Positions 17,680 to 26,112 of a stretch of DNA of 64,000 bases are shown in pieces. The stretch covers positions 79,994 through 143,993 of the forward strand of contig DATMYE010000042.1 of the NCBI GenBank assembly GCA_035561095.1, read 5' to 3'. The notes beneath the pieces were generated by a model. It did not search any database and had not been told where the DNA came from. It worked only from the letters and a program-made list of their open reading frames with translations. The DNA is from Clostridia bacterium. Lineage in GTDB: Bacteria > Bacillota > Clostridia > Christensenellales > CAG-138. Both the position numbers and the translations under genes were made by a program. How positions within the stretch are numbered: position 1 is the stretch's first letter; every line of letters starts with the position of its first letter.

Positions 17680-18360
17680 ATGAAACTGGCAAAACAAATC
17701 ATTGTGCTCATGCTTCTTGTGTCTCTCTGCTTATCATTGCTTGCCTGTACAGATGCCAATGTTCTGGGTGTTCGCAACCCGACAACGCCACTGGCGGTCA
17801 GCGACGGTTCTATGATCAGCGATTCTGAAACGCCCGTTGCCTATCGCAATGACTATTTCAAATATACCTGCGAACTGCCGGACGATTGGTATGTGATGAA
17901 TGAAGATGAGATTGCTCAGATGGTCGGTTACACGACTGATGCGCTAGGAGAAGGCAGAACTGCCGATATCCTTAAGGAATCAATGGAAAAGGGCGAAAAT
18001 CTGATTGACTTCTATGCGGTTTCCGGCGACTTTTCTCAGACCACCAACGTTGTTATTGGGAAAGCCAAGACGCTTGAACTGCTCATTTCCGAGCAAGCAA
18101 TGATTGACGCAGGTGCAACGCTTTTGACCGACGGGCTAACCAACATGGGTGTAACGAACATTTCACACCGTTCGGAGCGTGTGGAGTTTCTCGGGAAAGA
18201 GCGTGTTGCGCTCTATGTTCAGGGAGATTACCAAGGTGGTGATTTATACGAAATCATCTTTATTATGCGCAAAGGGCTCTATATCTCAAATTTCGCATTC
18301 ACCGGTTCCAACCAATCTGCCGTAGCGAATTCCATCCAATACTTCCAACCCATCGATTGA
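17680..18360 (+). CDS. Lipoprotein of unknown function
   Basis: The signal peptide ends in a lipobox (MKLAKQIIVLMLLVSLCLSLLAC). The RBS GGAGGA lies at 17661-17666. The segment looks AT-richer than its neighbours. Confidence 0.75.
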   Translation: MKLAKQIIVLMLLVSLCLSLLACTDANVLGVRNPTTPLAVSDGSMISDSETPVAYRNDYFKYTCELPDDWYVMNEDEIAQMVGYTTDALGEGRTADILKESMEKGENLIDFYAVSGDFSQTTNVVIGKAKTLELLISEQAMIDAGATLLTDGLTNMGVTNISHRSERVEFLGKERVALYVQGDYQGGDLYEIIFIMRKGLYISNFAFTGSNQSAVANSIQYFQPID

Positions 18361-18379
18361 TCGAGCCATTCTGTTCCAC

Positions 18380-18414
18380 AAAAAAAAGCTGCCCCTGCGA
18401 GCAGCTTTTTTTTA
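18380..18414. terminator. Bidirectional terminator
   Basis: A8-GCTGCCCCTGCGAGCAGC-T9 between convergent genes. Confidence 0.7.
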
Positions 18415-18440
18415 TTGCGAAGTTGCGATGAAATAGCAGC

Positions 18441-18692
18441 TTACCGTTTCCCGATGATCAACCTGCTGATCAAAATCAGGATACACGCGCCACCGAGGGC
18501 GATGAAAAACCCGCCGATCGACCAGACGTTGCCGGAGCCGATGCCCGCGTAGTCCGCGAGCCAGCCGCCGACCACCGCGCCCGCGATCCCGACGATGATG
18601 TTGCGGATCAAGCCGCCCTTGCCGTGCATAATCTTGCTGGCAAGCCAGCCGATGAGCGCGCCGATCAATAACCAACCAAGAAAATTCCACAT
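18441..18692 (-). CDS. GlsB/YeaQ/YmgE-family (transglycosylase-associated) small membrane protein
   Basis: MWNFLGWLLIGALIGWLASKIM...NIIVGIAGAVVGGWLA is the characteristic Gly-zipper pattern of this family. Confidence 0.85.
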   Translation of the reverse strand: MWNFLGWLLIGALIGWLASKIMHGKGGLIRNIIVGIAGAVVGGWLADYAGIGSGNVWSIGGFFIALGGACILILISRLIIGKR

Positions 18693-18746
18693 AAACCGGT
18701 TCCTCCTAATCGTTGTTGTTTGAACTATTGCGCGAAAGTCTTCGCG

Positions 18747-19295
18747 TTATTCCGTCTTGTTCGTGTTTGGCGCGGTAGTCTGCGTGCCTGTCTGCATCTT
18801 CTTCTTGAAGAACACGCGGAAGATCACGTTTGCCACCGCCGCGATGACGGGGCCTAGGATCATGCCCGCTCCGCCGAAGAGTATCAGCCCACCCACAGAG
18901 GCAAGCAGCGTAATCCACGGGGAAACGCCTATGCTCTTGCCCGTGATGATGGGATCGAGAATCATCCGCAACACGACCATCGCGATATAGGTCGCTCCCA
19001 CGCAGATCGCCATATGCGGGTTTTTCGCGATCAGCGCGATGATCGCCCACGGCACAAACACGATGCCGCTGCCGATGACCGGCACGAGATCGAGTAGCCC
19101 GATCGCAATCGCGATCAAGGGCGACCACCAGCCGAGACCCGTGACGATCATGCCGATGGTGATGACCACGAAGTTGACCCCGAAGAGGATCAGCTGCGCC
19201 TTGCCGAATCCCAGCGCCGCGCTGCCGAGCTCCTTCAGCGCGGTGACCACGCGCTTTTTTGTTTCGATCTTTTTGTTGCCGTCCTGTTGTTCCAT
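18747..19295 (-). CDS. Half-size AI-2E (PerM/YtvI, UPF0118) family-like membrane protein
   Basis: GLLDLVPVIGSGIVFVPWAIIAL ... ILDPIITGKSIGVSPWITLLASVGGLILFGGAGMILGPVIAAV matches the C-terminal four TMs of AI-2E transporters. Only 182 aa are present, and no upstream N-terminal half was found. Confidence 0.6.
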   Translation of the reverse strand: MEQQDGNKKIETKKRVVTALKELGSAALGFGKAQLILFGVNFVVITIGMIVTGLGWWSPLIAIAIGLLDLVPVIGSGIVFVPWAIIALIAKNPHMAICVGATYIAMVVLRMILDPIITGKSIGVSPWITLLASVGGLILFGGAGMILGPVIAAVANVIFRVFFKKKMQTGTQTTAPNTNKTE

Positions 19296-19441
19296 GTGCT
19301 CTCTTTCTCATTCGGGATCTTCCCGAATGCTATGTCACGATTATACCGGAAAATCCGCTTGCATACAATCGAAAATACGTGAGGAATTCGTGACAAATGC
19401 ACAAAAGAGGAGGTCTCCCTCCTCTTTCACGCGTGTGATCG

Positions 19442-21157
19442 TTATCTGCGCACGATGCGGTAATACGTCCGCGCGGTCACGCGATAGATGCCGAAGTACA
19501 AGAGCGTAAACGCGACCAGCGTGCCGCATATACACGTCAGTACCAAGCCCCAGTCGTAGAGCATGAATGTCTTGAGCATCCACGCCATGAGCTTGGAGGC
19601 AAAGAACATGTGCAGCGCAGTTGCCGCGAGGGGCAGGAAGAACACCCAGAGCACCTGCGAGTTGATGGTCTTTTTCACCTGCTGGTCGTCCATGCCAACC
19701 TTTTGCAGAATCTCGAAGCGCTCCTTGTCCTCATAGCCCTCGGTCACCTGCTTGAAGTAGAGGATCAGCACCGCAACCGCGAGGAACAGCACCGCGAAGA
19801 ACGCGCCGAGGAACAGGAGCCCGCCGTAGAACCCGTAGCCGTCCTCCATCGCGGAATAGAAGTCCGACACGATCAGATTCGGCGTCTCCGAGAAGGATTG
19901 GCTGTACTGATCCCGCACCGCCTGCACAAACGCGAGGCAGTCCTCCGTCTTTCCCGAGATGTCCATGCGGAAGTTATCGTCGTAGAAGATCAGCGTCGGC
20001 ACCTCGACAAACTTACTGTCCTCCCAAACGAAGTTGTTGCGGCGGAACTCCTCGCCTTCCGGCAGCTGGGTGATGAGCTTGCTCTTGTCCGCGGAGAGCG
20101 TGACATTGTGTTCCGCGGCGATCCGGTTCAGCGTCGCGTCATAGTCTGCAATCTGCTGCGCGGTCGCCGTTTCCGGCACATACACCTGCGCGTCGAAGGG
20201 ATACATGCCGCGCATCATCTCGCCGCTGCCGAGATAGAGCGAAAGCGTGCCGGAGACGGTGACCACGAGCATGGTCGAGAGGATGCAGATCGTCGCCAAG
20301 CCCCGCGCGTTCTGGCGCATGCGGTGGAACATGCCGGAGATGGTCACAAAGTGATCCGGCTGATAGTAGAGGCTCTTCTTCATTCGCAGCAGCCGGAGCA
20401 CCACAATGCTTCCGCAAAGAAAGAGCAGGTAGGTCGCGATAATCACCGCGATCGCCAGCGGGAAGAAGATGCCGAGCGCGAGTCCGGGAATCTCCGTCGT
20501 CCACGCGAAATAGTACGCGCCGCCGAGCAGGATCAGGCCGAGAATCGCGAGCGGGAGCAGTCCTTTTTTGTCCTTCTCGCCGCTCTTTTCGCTGGAGAGC
20601 AGCGAAATCGGACTCGCGGTATGCACGCGGATGACGTTCGCAATCGACGTCACAAGGAACACGAGGAAAAACAGCGCGAGCATCAGTCCGTAGGCCACGA
20701 GCGGAATTGAGAACGTGCTGCCCGGAACCGCGTGAATCAGCTTCATCAGCAGCAGGAACAGAAGCCGCCCGAATACGAGCGCAATCACCGTGCCGCAGGC
20801 AAGTCCACCGCCGATGACAAACGTGTTTTCCCAGACGAGCACGCGCCCGACGTGCCGCTTGTCGAGACCCAGGATGCCGTAAAGCCCGAACTCCTTCTTC
20901 CTGCGCTTGATCAGGAAGTTGTTGATGTAGAGCATGAAGAAGAAGGTAAACAGCGCATAGACCACAAGCCCGAAGGCGAACAGCATCCTTGCGGTAGCGC
21001 CGCTGGGCGTATTGGTCAGCCCCTTGGAAAAGAGCAGGCCGGAAATCAAGAGAAACACGCCGCTCATGACCGCGGTTGCGATCAGGTAAGGCAGATACGT
21101 GAGCTTGTTGCGCCGGACATTGCTCAACGCAAGTTTAAAATAGAAGAATTTACGCAT
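19442..21157 (-). CDS. FtsX-domain ABC transporter permease (BceB-type)
   Basis: 571 aa. The N-terminus MRKFFYFKLALSNVRRNKLTYLPY is typical of BceB-like permeases. It has about 10 TM segments with a large extracytoplasmic domain and follows a MacB-type ATPase gene. Confidence 0.85.
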   Translation of the reverse strand: MRKFFYFKLALSNVRRNKLTYLPYLIATAVMSGVFLLISGLLFSKGLTNTPSGATARMLFAFGLVVYALFTFFFMLYINNFLIKRRKKEFGLYGILGLDKRHVGRVLVWENTFVIGGGLACGTVIALVFGRLLFLLLMKLIHAVPGSTFSIPLVAYGLMLALFFLVFLVTSIANVIRVHTASPISLLSSEKSGEKDKKGLLPLAILGLILLGGAYYFAWTTEIPGLALGIFFPLAIAVIIATYLLFLCGSIVVLRLLRMKKSLYYQPDHFVTISGMFHRMRQNARGLATICILSTMLVVTVSGTLSLYLGSGEMMRGMYPFDAQVYVPETATAQQIADYDATLNRIAAEHNVTLSADKSKLITQLPEGEEFRRNNFVWEDSKFVEVPTLIFYDDNFRMDISGKTEDCLAFVQAVRDQYSQSFSETPNLIVSDFYSAMEDGYGFYGGLLFLGAFFAVLFLAVAVLILYFKQVTEGYEDKERFEILQKVGMDDQQVKKTINSQVLWVFFLPLAATALHMFFASKLMAWMLKTFMLYDWGLVLTCICGTLVAFTLLYFGIYRVTARTYYRIVRR

Positions 21158-21198
21158 GTGCTTTGCCCTCCATTTGGGGAAAGCCGCGCAAAAGAAGA

Positions 21199-21960
21199 TT
21201 ACGCAATGTCGCCACCTCCCAGAATGGACAGGTTCGCGACGATCCGGTCAAAGAACGCGCGGTTGTTCTCCTCGCCGCGATAGAGCTGCGAAAAGAGCGC
21301 GCCGTCGGAGATGAACAGCACGCGGGAGGCATAGCTCGCCGCCATCGCGCTGTGCGTAACCATCACGATGGTCTTGCCGATCTGATGCAGGTCGGTGAGC
21401 TGGCTTAAGAGGCTTGCGGAAGCTTTGCTGTCCAGCGCGCCCGTGGGCTCGTCCGCGAGCAGGATGCGCGGGTCGGTGATCACCGCGCGCGCAATCGCCG
21501 CGCGCTGCTTCTCGCCGCCGGACACCTCAAAGGGGTATTTGTTCAGCAGCTGCGTGATGCCGAGCTGCCGCGCGATGGGCAGCAGGCGCTCCTCCATCTC
21601 GCGCACGGGCGTCTGCATCAGCACGAGCGGAAGCAGGATGTTGTCCTTGATCGAGAAGGTGTCCAGCAGGTTGAAATCCTGAAACACGAAACCGAGATGC
21701 TTTCTGCGGAATTCGGAAAGATCGCGGTCGGCAATCGACGAAAAGCTCGTGCCATCGAGCAGCACATCGCCCGTGGTGGGCTTGTCCAGCGACGCGAGGA
21801 TGTTTAATAGCGTGGTCTTGCCGCTGCCGGAAGCTCCCATGATGGCGACAAACTCGCCTTCGATGACCTCAAAGCTCACGCTCTTGAGCGCGACGCACTG
21901 CCGCATGCCGAGTTTGGTGTTATAGACCTTTCCCAGTCCTTTTACCTGAAGAAGAGACAC
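21199..21960 (-). CDS. ABC transporter ATP-binding protein (BceA/MacB-type)
   Basis: ORF track 21199..21975 begins with TTG. GTG at 21960 is better placed 7 nt after GGAGGA. Walker A is GASGSGKTT, the signature is SGGEKQR, and Walker B is ILLADEPTGALD. Confidence 0.9.
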   Translation of the reverse strand: MSLLQVKGLGKVYNTKLGMRQCVALKSVSFEVIEGEFVAIMGASGSGKTTLLNILASLDKPTTGDVLLDGTSFSSIADRDLSEFRRKHLGFVFQDFNLLDTFSIKDNILLPLVLMQTPVREMEERLLPIARQLGITQLLNKYPFEVSGGEKQRAAIARAVITDPRILLADEPTGALDSKASASLLSQLTDLHQIGKTIVMVTHSAMAASYASRVLFISDGALFSQLYRGEENNRAFFDRIVANLSILGGGDIA

Positions 21961-22052
21961 GGAAATTTCCTCCAATGATTCTTGATGCGGCTATTGTACG
22001 AAAAATGTGCGTTGCCCTGCCATCGAACTGTCTTACAAAAGACGTTTGCAAT

Positions 22053-22069
22053 CTTACGTTTTTGTCACT
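22053..22069 (-). promoter_or_regulatory. Candidate BceR-type response-regulator box upstream of the ABC genes
   Basis: The minus strand reads TGACA-AAAA-CGTAAGA, compared with the B. subtilis BceR-type site TNACA-N4-TGTAA. A further GTAAGA half-site lies at 22031-22036 and a TACAAT -10 at 21993-21998. Confidence 0.35.
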
Positions 22070-22076
22070 TGCGCGA

Positions 22077-23066
22077 CTACATCTGCGCGAACTCGTTGAG
22101 CACCGGAAAGCGCAGCGTCACCCGCGTTCCCTTACCGAGCTCGGAGGCGACCTCCACGCGGATGCCGAGTGCGTCCGCCGCGCGCTTGACGAGATAGAGC
22201 CCTATGCCGCTCGCGCGGGTGTCCATGCGGCCGTTGTAGCCCGTATAACCCTTCTCGAAGATGCGCGGCAGATCTTCCTTGCGGATGCCGATGCCGGTGT
22301 CCTCCACCACGAGCGCGTTTTGTTCCATATAGATGCGCACGCCGCCCGTGTGGGTATATTTCACGCTGTTGGACAGCAGCTGGCAGAGGATGAACTCTAG
22401 CCACATGCGGTCGCAAGGGATGTCCCGCGCCAGCGGGTCGATCGAAACCGTGAGCCTGCTGTAGACGAACAAGAGCGAATATTTCTTCACCGCCGCGCGC
22501 GCGATCTCATTCAGATCGCACCGCTCGATGATCAGATCCGACGCGATATCGCCAAGCTTGACGAACTTGAGCGCGAGATCGGCATACTGATCCACCTTGA
22601 ACAGCTCCTGCTTGAGGAGCTTGCCCTCGTCGCCGCTCTCTTTGTCGAGTAGCAAGCGCATCGCAGAGATCGGCGTTTTGATCTGATGCACCCAGAGGGT
22701 GTAGTATTCCTTCTGCTCCTCCTGCTGGCGGATGCTCTCGGTCTTGAGCCGTTCGTTCTCCTGCGTCAGCGCACGGATAACCGCGTCATAGTCCCCCGCG
22801 AGTCCGTCCAGCGGCTCCGGCAGCTCGCGCGGGAGCAGCTCCGTGCGCAGGTGCAGCTGCTCCATGCGGCGGCGGCTTCTGCGGTAGCGCGCGCCGTCGC
22901 CCAGCAACACGCAGACGAACACAAAGCTGATGAGAATGCACGCATAGCGCACAAAGACCGCGTCCTGCTGCGCTAAAAAACCCAGCAGCAGCACGGTGCA
23001 CACGCTGAGCACATATAGTAGAAGCAACGCCCGCCGCGAGGCAAAGTAATCCAGCAATTTTCGCAT
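22077..23066 (-). CDS. Intramembrane-sensing histidine kinase (BceS-type)
   Basis: Two N-terminal TMs sit with almost no extracellular loop. H-box: LWVHQIKTPISAM. HATPase_c elements: LSNSVKYT, VEDTGIGI and GIGLYLV. Confidence 0.88.
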   Translation of the reverse strand: MRKLLDYFASRRALLLLYVLSVCTVLLLGFLAQQDAVFVRYACILISFVFVCVLLGDGARYRRSRRRMEQLHLRTELLPRELPEPLDGLAGDYDAVIRALTQENERLKTESIRQQEEQKEYYTLWVHQIKTPISAMRLLLDKESGDEGKLLKQELFKVDQYADLALKFVKLGDIASDLIIERCDLNEIARAAVKKYSLLFVYSRLTVSIDPLARDIPCDRMWLEFILCQLLSNSVKYTHTGGVRIYMEQNALVVEDTGIGIRKEDLPRIFEKGYTGYNGRMDTRASGIGLYLVKRAADALGIRVEVASELGKGTRVTLRFPVLNEFAQM

Positions 23067-23102
23067 CCCAACCCTCTATCTGCCGCAAAAAGAGCGCGGC
23101 GG

Positions 23103-23774
23103 TCAGCCTTCGATCGAGTACCCCTGCCCTTTGTGCGTCTTTACGCAGTCGCCAAGCCCCGCCTCGGAGAGCGTTTTGCGCAGGCGGTTGACATTGACGG
23201 TCAGCGTGTTGTCATCCACAAACTCGTCGCTGTCCCAGAGCTTGAGCATCAGCTCCTCGCGGCTGACGATTGCCCCGCGCTTTTCCAGAAGAGCGCCGAG
23301 AATCCGGCTCTCGTTCTTGGTGAGCTCCCGCTTGTTCTCGCCGACGAGGACGCTGTTTGCCGCCGCGTCAAACTCCGCGCCCAAAAAGCGCAGGTTTGCG
23401 TTTGTTTCATAATCATACGCGCGACGGAGCATCGCCTGCACCTTCGCGATCAGTAGCTCCATCACGACCGGCTTTGCGATGTAGTCGTCGCCGCCCATGT
23501 TGACCGCCATGACCACGTCCGCCGTGTCCGCGCGCGAGGAGAGGAACACGATCGGCACCTTGGATGTTCGGCGGATGCGTTCGCACCAATAGTAGCCATT
23601 ATAAAACGGCAGCGAGATATCCATGATCACAAGCTGCGCACAGGCCTGCGCAAACTCCTCGTCGATGCGGTCGAACGCGGTCGCCATCACGGCATCAAAG
23701 CCCCAGCTGCCGAGGCTTTTCGCCACTTCCTGTGCGATAATCGCGTCGTCTTCCACGATAAAAATCCGAATCAT
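23103..23774 (-). CDS. OmpR-family response regulator (BceR-type)
   Basis: ORF track 23103..23873. The start is set at MIRIFIVEDD, preceded by GGGAG. It has a receiver domain and a winged-helix output (LTKNESRILGALLE...VKTHKGQGYSI). Confidence 0.9.
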   Translation of the reverse strand: MIRIFIVEDDAIIAQEVAKSLGSWGFDAVMATAFDRIDEEFAQACAQLVIMDISLPFYNGYYWCERIRRTSKVPIVFLSSRADTADVVMAVNMGGDDYIAKPVVMELLIAKVQAMLRRAYDYETNANLRFLGAEFDAAANSVLVGENKRELTKNESRILGALLEKRGAIVSREELMLKLWDSDEFVDDNTLTVNVNRLRKTLSEAGLGDCVKTHKGQGYSIEG

Positions 23775-24006
23775 GCGGTCTACTCCCGTCTCTTTGGTTC
23801 GTGTATGAACCATATAATACACCCTGCCATTCGTTCTGGCAAGCACGCAGGTTGTGCTGCCCATTTTCCGCAAAAAACAGAACCGTGAACGCGCACAAGT
23901 TTTTATGCACTCAAAATGAATTTTTGTATATAGTTGTTCCGGAAAACCCAGATTCTATCAGTCTTTTGCCACTGAATAAATATACTATATATTTCACGCC
24001 GTGCCG

Positions 24007-24035
24007 TTGACACCGTACCCAGCAGCGCATAGGAT
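24007..24035 (+). promoter_or_regulatory. Candidate promoter of the buk operon
   Basis: TTGACA (24007-24012), a 17-nt spacer, then TAGGAT (24030-24035). Confidence 0.35.
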
Positions 24036-24093
24036 AACATCAGCGGTTTTGTAGCACAACAAGTACACAAGCCGAGAAACCGGAGGACTGTAT

Positions 24094-25170
24094 TTGCGCA
24101 TACTCGTCATCAACCCCGGCGCCACCTCGACCAAAATTGCCGTTTACGAAGACGAAGCGGAGGTATTCTCCGCCTCTCTTACCCACGCGCCGGAGGAGCT
24201 TTCGGGCTTTTCGCGCGTCGTTGACCAGCTGCCGCTGCGCGAATCGCTCGTGCGCGAGTCGCTTCAAAAAGCGGGCTACACGCCCGCCTCGTTTGACGCA
24301 GTCTGCAGCCGCGGCGGATTGGTGCGCCATATCCCCAGCGGAACCTACGAAATCGACGATCAGGTCATTCACGATATCTACAATCCCCCGTTTGGCGAGC
24401 ATGCCTCCTCTCTTGGCCCCGTCATCGCGCGCAAAATCGCGGACGAAGCGAAGATTCCGGCATATCTTGTCGATCCGGTTTCGGTGGACGAGCTGCAGCC
24501 GCTTGCCCGCGTCACGGGCTTGAAAGGCATGGAGCGCGAGAGCTTCTTCCACGCGCTGAACCAGAAGGCGGTCGCACGTAAGGTTGCGCTTGATCTCGGC
24601 AAACCCTATGAATCACTCAATCTCATCGTCGTGCATATGGGCGGCGGCGTCTCCGTCGCGGCGCACGAAAAAGGTCGTGTCGTGGACGTCTACAACGTCA
24701 AGGACGAAGGCAGCTTCTCCCTCGACCGTGCGGGCGGTCTGCCCGTCAACGCGCTCGTCAACCTCTGCTACTCCGGCGTATCAAAACAGGATTTAAAGCG
24801 CAAGCTCTCGTTTGAAGCGGGCGTGTTTTCCTATCTTGGCACGCGGGATTTTCGCGAAGTTCAGCAGCGCATGCTGGACAGCGACGCGGAAGCAACGCTG
24901 ATCTATCAGGCGATGGCATATCAGCACGCAAAGGACATCGGAGCGATGGCGGCGGTGCTGCGCTACAACGTGGACGCAATCGTGCTCACGGGCGGCATCG
25001 CGCACTCCGAGCGCTTCTGCGCGGAGATTGGGAGCTACGTGGAGAAGATCGCGCCGATCCTCCGCTACCCCGGCGAAGAGGAGATGCGCGCGCTTGCCCT
25101 CGGTGCGCTGCGCGTGCTGCGCGGGGAAAAAGCCAGATCGTATTCCGAAACCATTCAACATACGAAATAA
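24094..25170 (+). CDS. buk: Butyrate (short/branched-chain acyl) kinase
   Basis: TTG start 7 nt after GGAGGA. The N-terminus (M)RILVINPGATSTKIAVYEDE and VVHMGGGVSVAAHEKGRVVDV match the ASKHA butyrate kinase family. Confidence 0.9.
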   Translation: MRILVINPGATSTKIAVYEDEAEVFSASLTHAPEELSGFSRVVDQLPLRESLVRESLQKAGYTPASFDAVCSRGGLVRHIPSGTYEIDDQVIHDIYNPPFGEHASSLGPVIARKIADEAKIPAYLVDPVSVDELQPLARVTGLKGMERESFFHALNQKAVARKVALDLGKPYESLNLIVVHMGGGVSVAAHEKGRVVDVYNVKDEGSFSLDRAGGLPVNALVNLCYSGVSKQDLKRKLSFEAGVFSYLGTRDFREVQQRMLDSDAEATLIYQAMAYQHAKDIGAMAAVLRYNVDAIVLTGGIAHSERFCAEIGSYVEKIAPILRYPGEEEMRALALGALRVLRGEKARSYSETIQHTK

Positions 25171-25206
25171 CCAGTTTCACATATCACAAGAAGGAGACAC
25201 CATCGC

Positions 25207-26112
25207 ATGAAACACACCCTGAATGAGTTTGTCGAAGGCGCGCAAGGCTTAAACCTCCGCGTCGCCGTCGCCAGTGCGCACGACACCGAGGTCATCGAGG
25301 CCCTGCTTGCCGCGCGCGAAAAAGGCATCTGCAAAGGCCTGCTGTTCGGCAAAGCAGCGGAGATTCACAACATCTTCGCCACCCTCGGCGCGGACGAAAC
25401 GGGCTTCACCATCGTCGAGCCGGAAGACGGCAGCGATGTCGCCTGTGCGCACGCGGCGGTGCACGCGGTCGAAACAGGCGAGGCGGACTATCTCATGAAG
25501 GGCATCCTGAACACGACGGATTTCCTCCGCGCGGTAGTGCACTCGGAGCTGCTCACGGGCGGGCTTCTCTCGCACGTGATGATCTTCGAGTTCCCGACGT
25601 ATCACAAGCTTCTCTACATCAGCGACGGTGCCATGAATCCCGCGCCGGACTTCGAAAAAAAGCGCGTGATTTTGGAAAACGCCGCTCGACTTTTGCAGTT
25701 GATCGGGTATAATACCATAAACGCAGGCATCCTCAGCGGCAGCGAGGTCGTCAGCGAAAAGATTCCCTCGACCGTGGACGCAAAAGCGCTCGCAGAGCTC
25801 GACTGGACGCGCTACCACATGAACGTGTTCGGCCCCGCCGCGCTCGATCTTTGCATCAGCAAAGAATCCTGCGCGCACAAGAAATATACGGCGGTTGGCG
25901 CAGGCGACGCGGATCTGCTGATCATGCCCAACTATGAAACCGGCAACGCGCTCGGTAAGTCCCTGACCTATTTTGCGCACGCGCGTACGGCAGGCATCGT
26001 CCTCGGCGCGCGCTGCCCGATCGTGCTTGTGTCCCGCGCGGACCCGGCGGACGCGAAGCTCACCTCCCTCGCCCTCGGCGCAATCGCCGCGCATGAAGGA
26101 GGCAAGGCATGA
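25207..26112 (+). CDS. ptb: Phosphate butyryltransferase (phosphate acyltransferase, PTA_PTB family)
   Basis: 301 aa. The PTA_PTB pattern is present (MKGILNTTDFLRAVV ... PNYETGNALGKSL ... GARCPIVLVSRAD). The stop overlaps the iorA start. Confidence 0.85.
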   Translation: MKHTLNEFVEGAQGLNLRVAVASAHDTEVIEALLAAREKGICKGLLFGKAAEIHNIFATLGADETGFTIVEPEDGSDVACAHAAVHAVETGEADYLMKGILNTTDFLRAVVHSELLTGGLLSHVMIFEFPTYHKLLYISDGAMNPAPDFEKKRVILENAARLLQLIGYNTINAGILSGSEVVSEKIPSTVDAKALAELDWTRYHMNVFGPAALDLCISKESCAHKKYTAVGAGDADLLIMPNYETGNALGKSLTYFAHARTAGIVLGARCPIVLVSRADPADAKLTSLALGAIAAHEGGKA

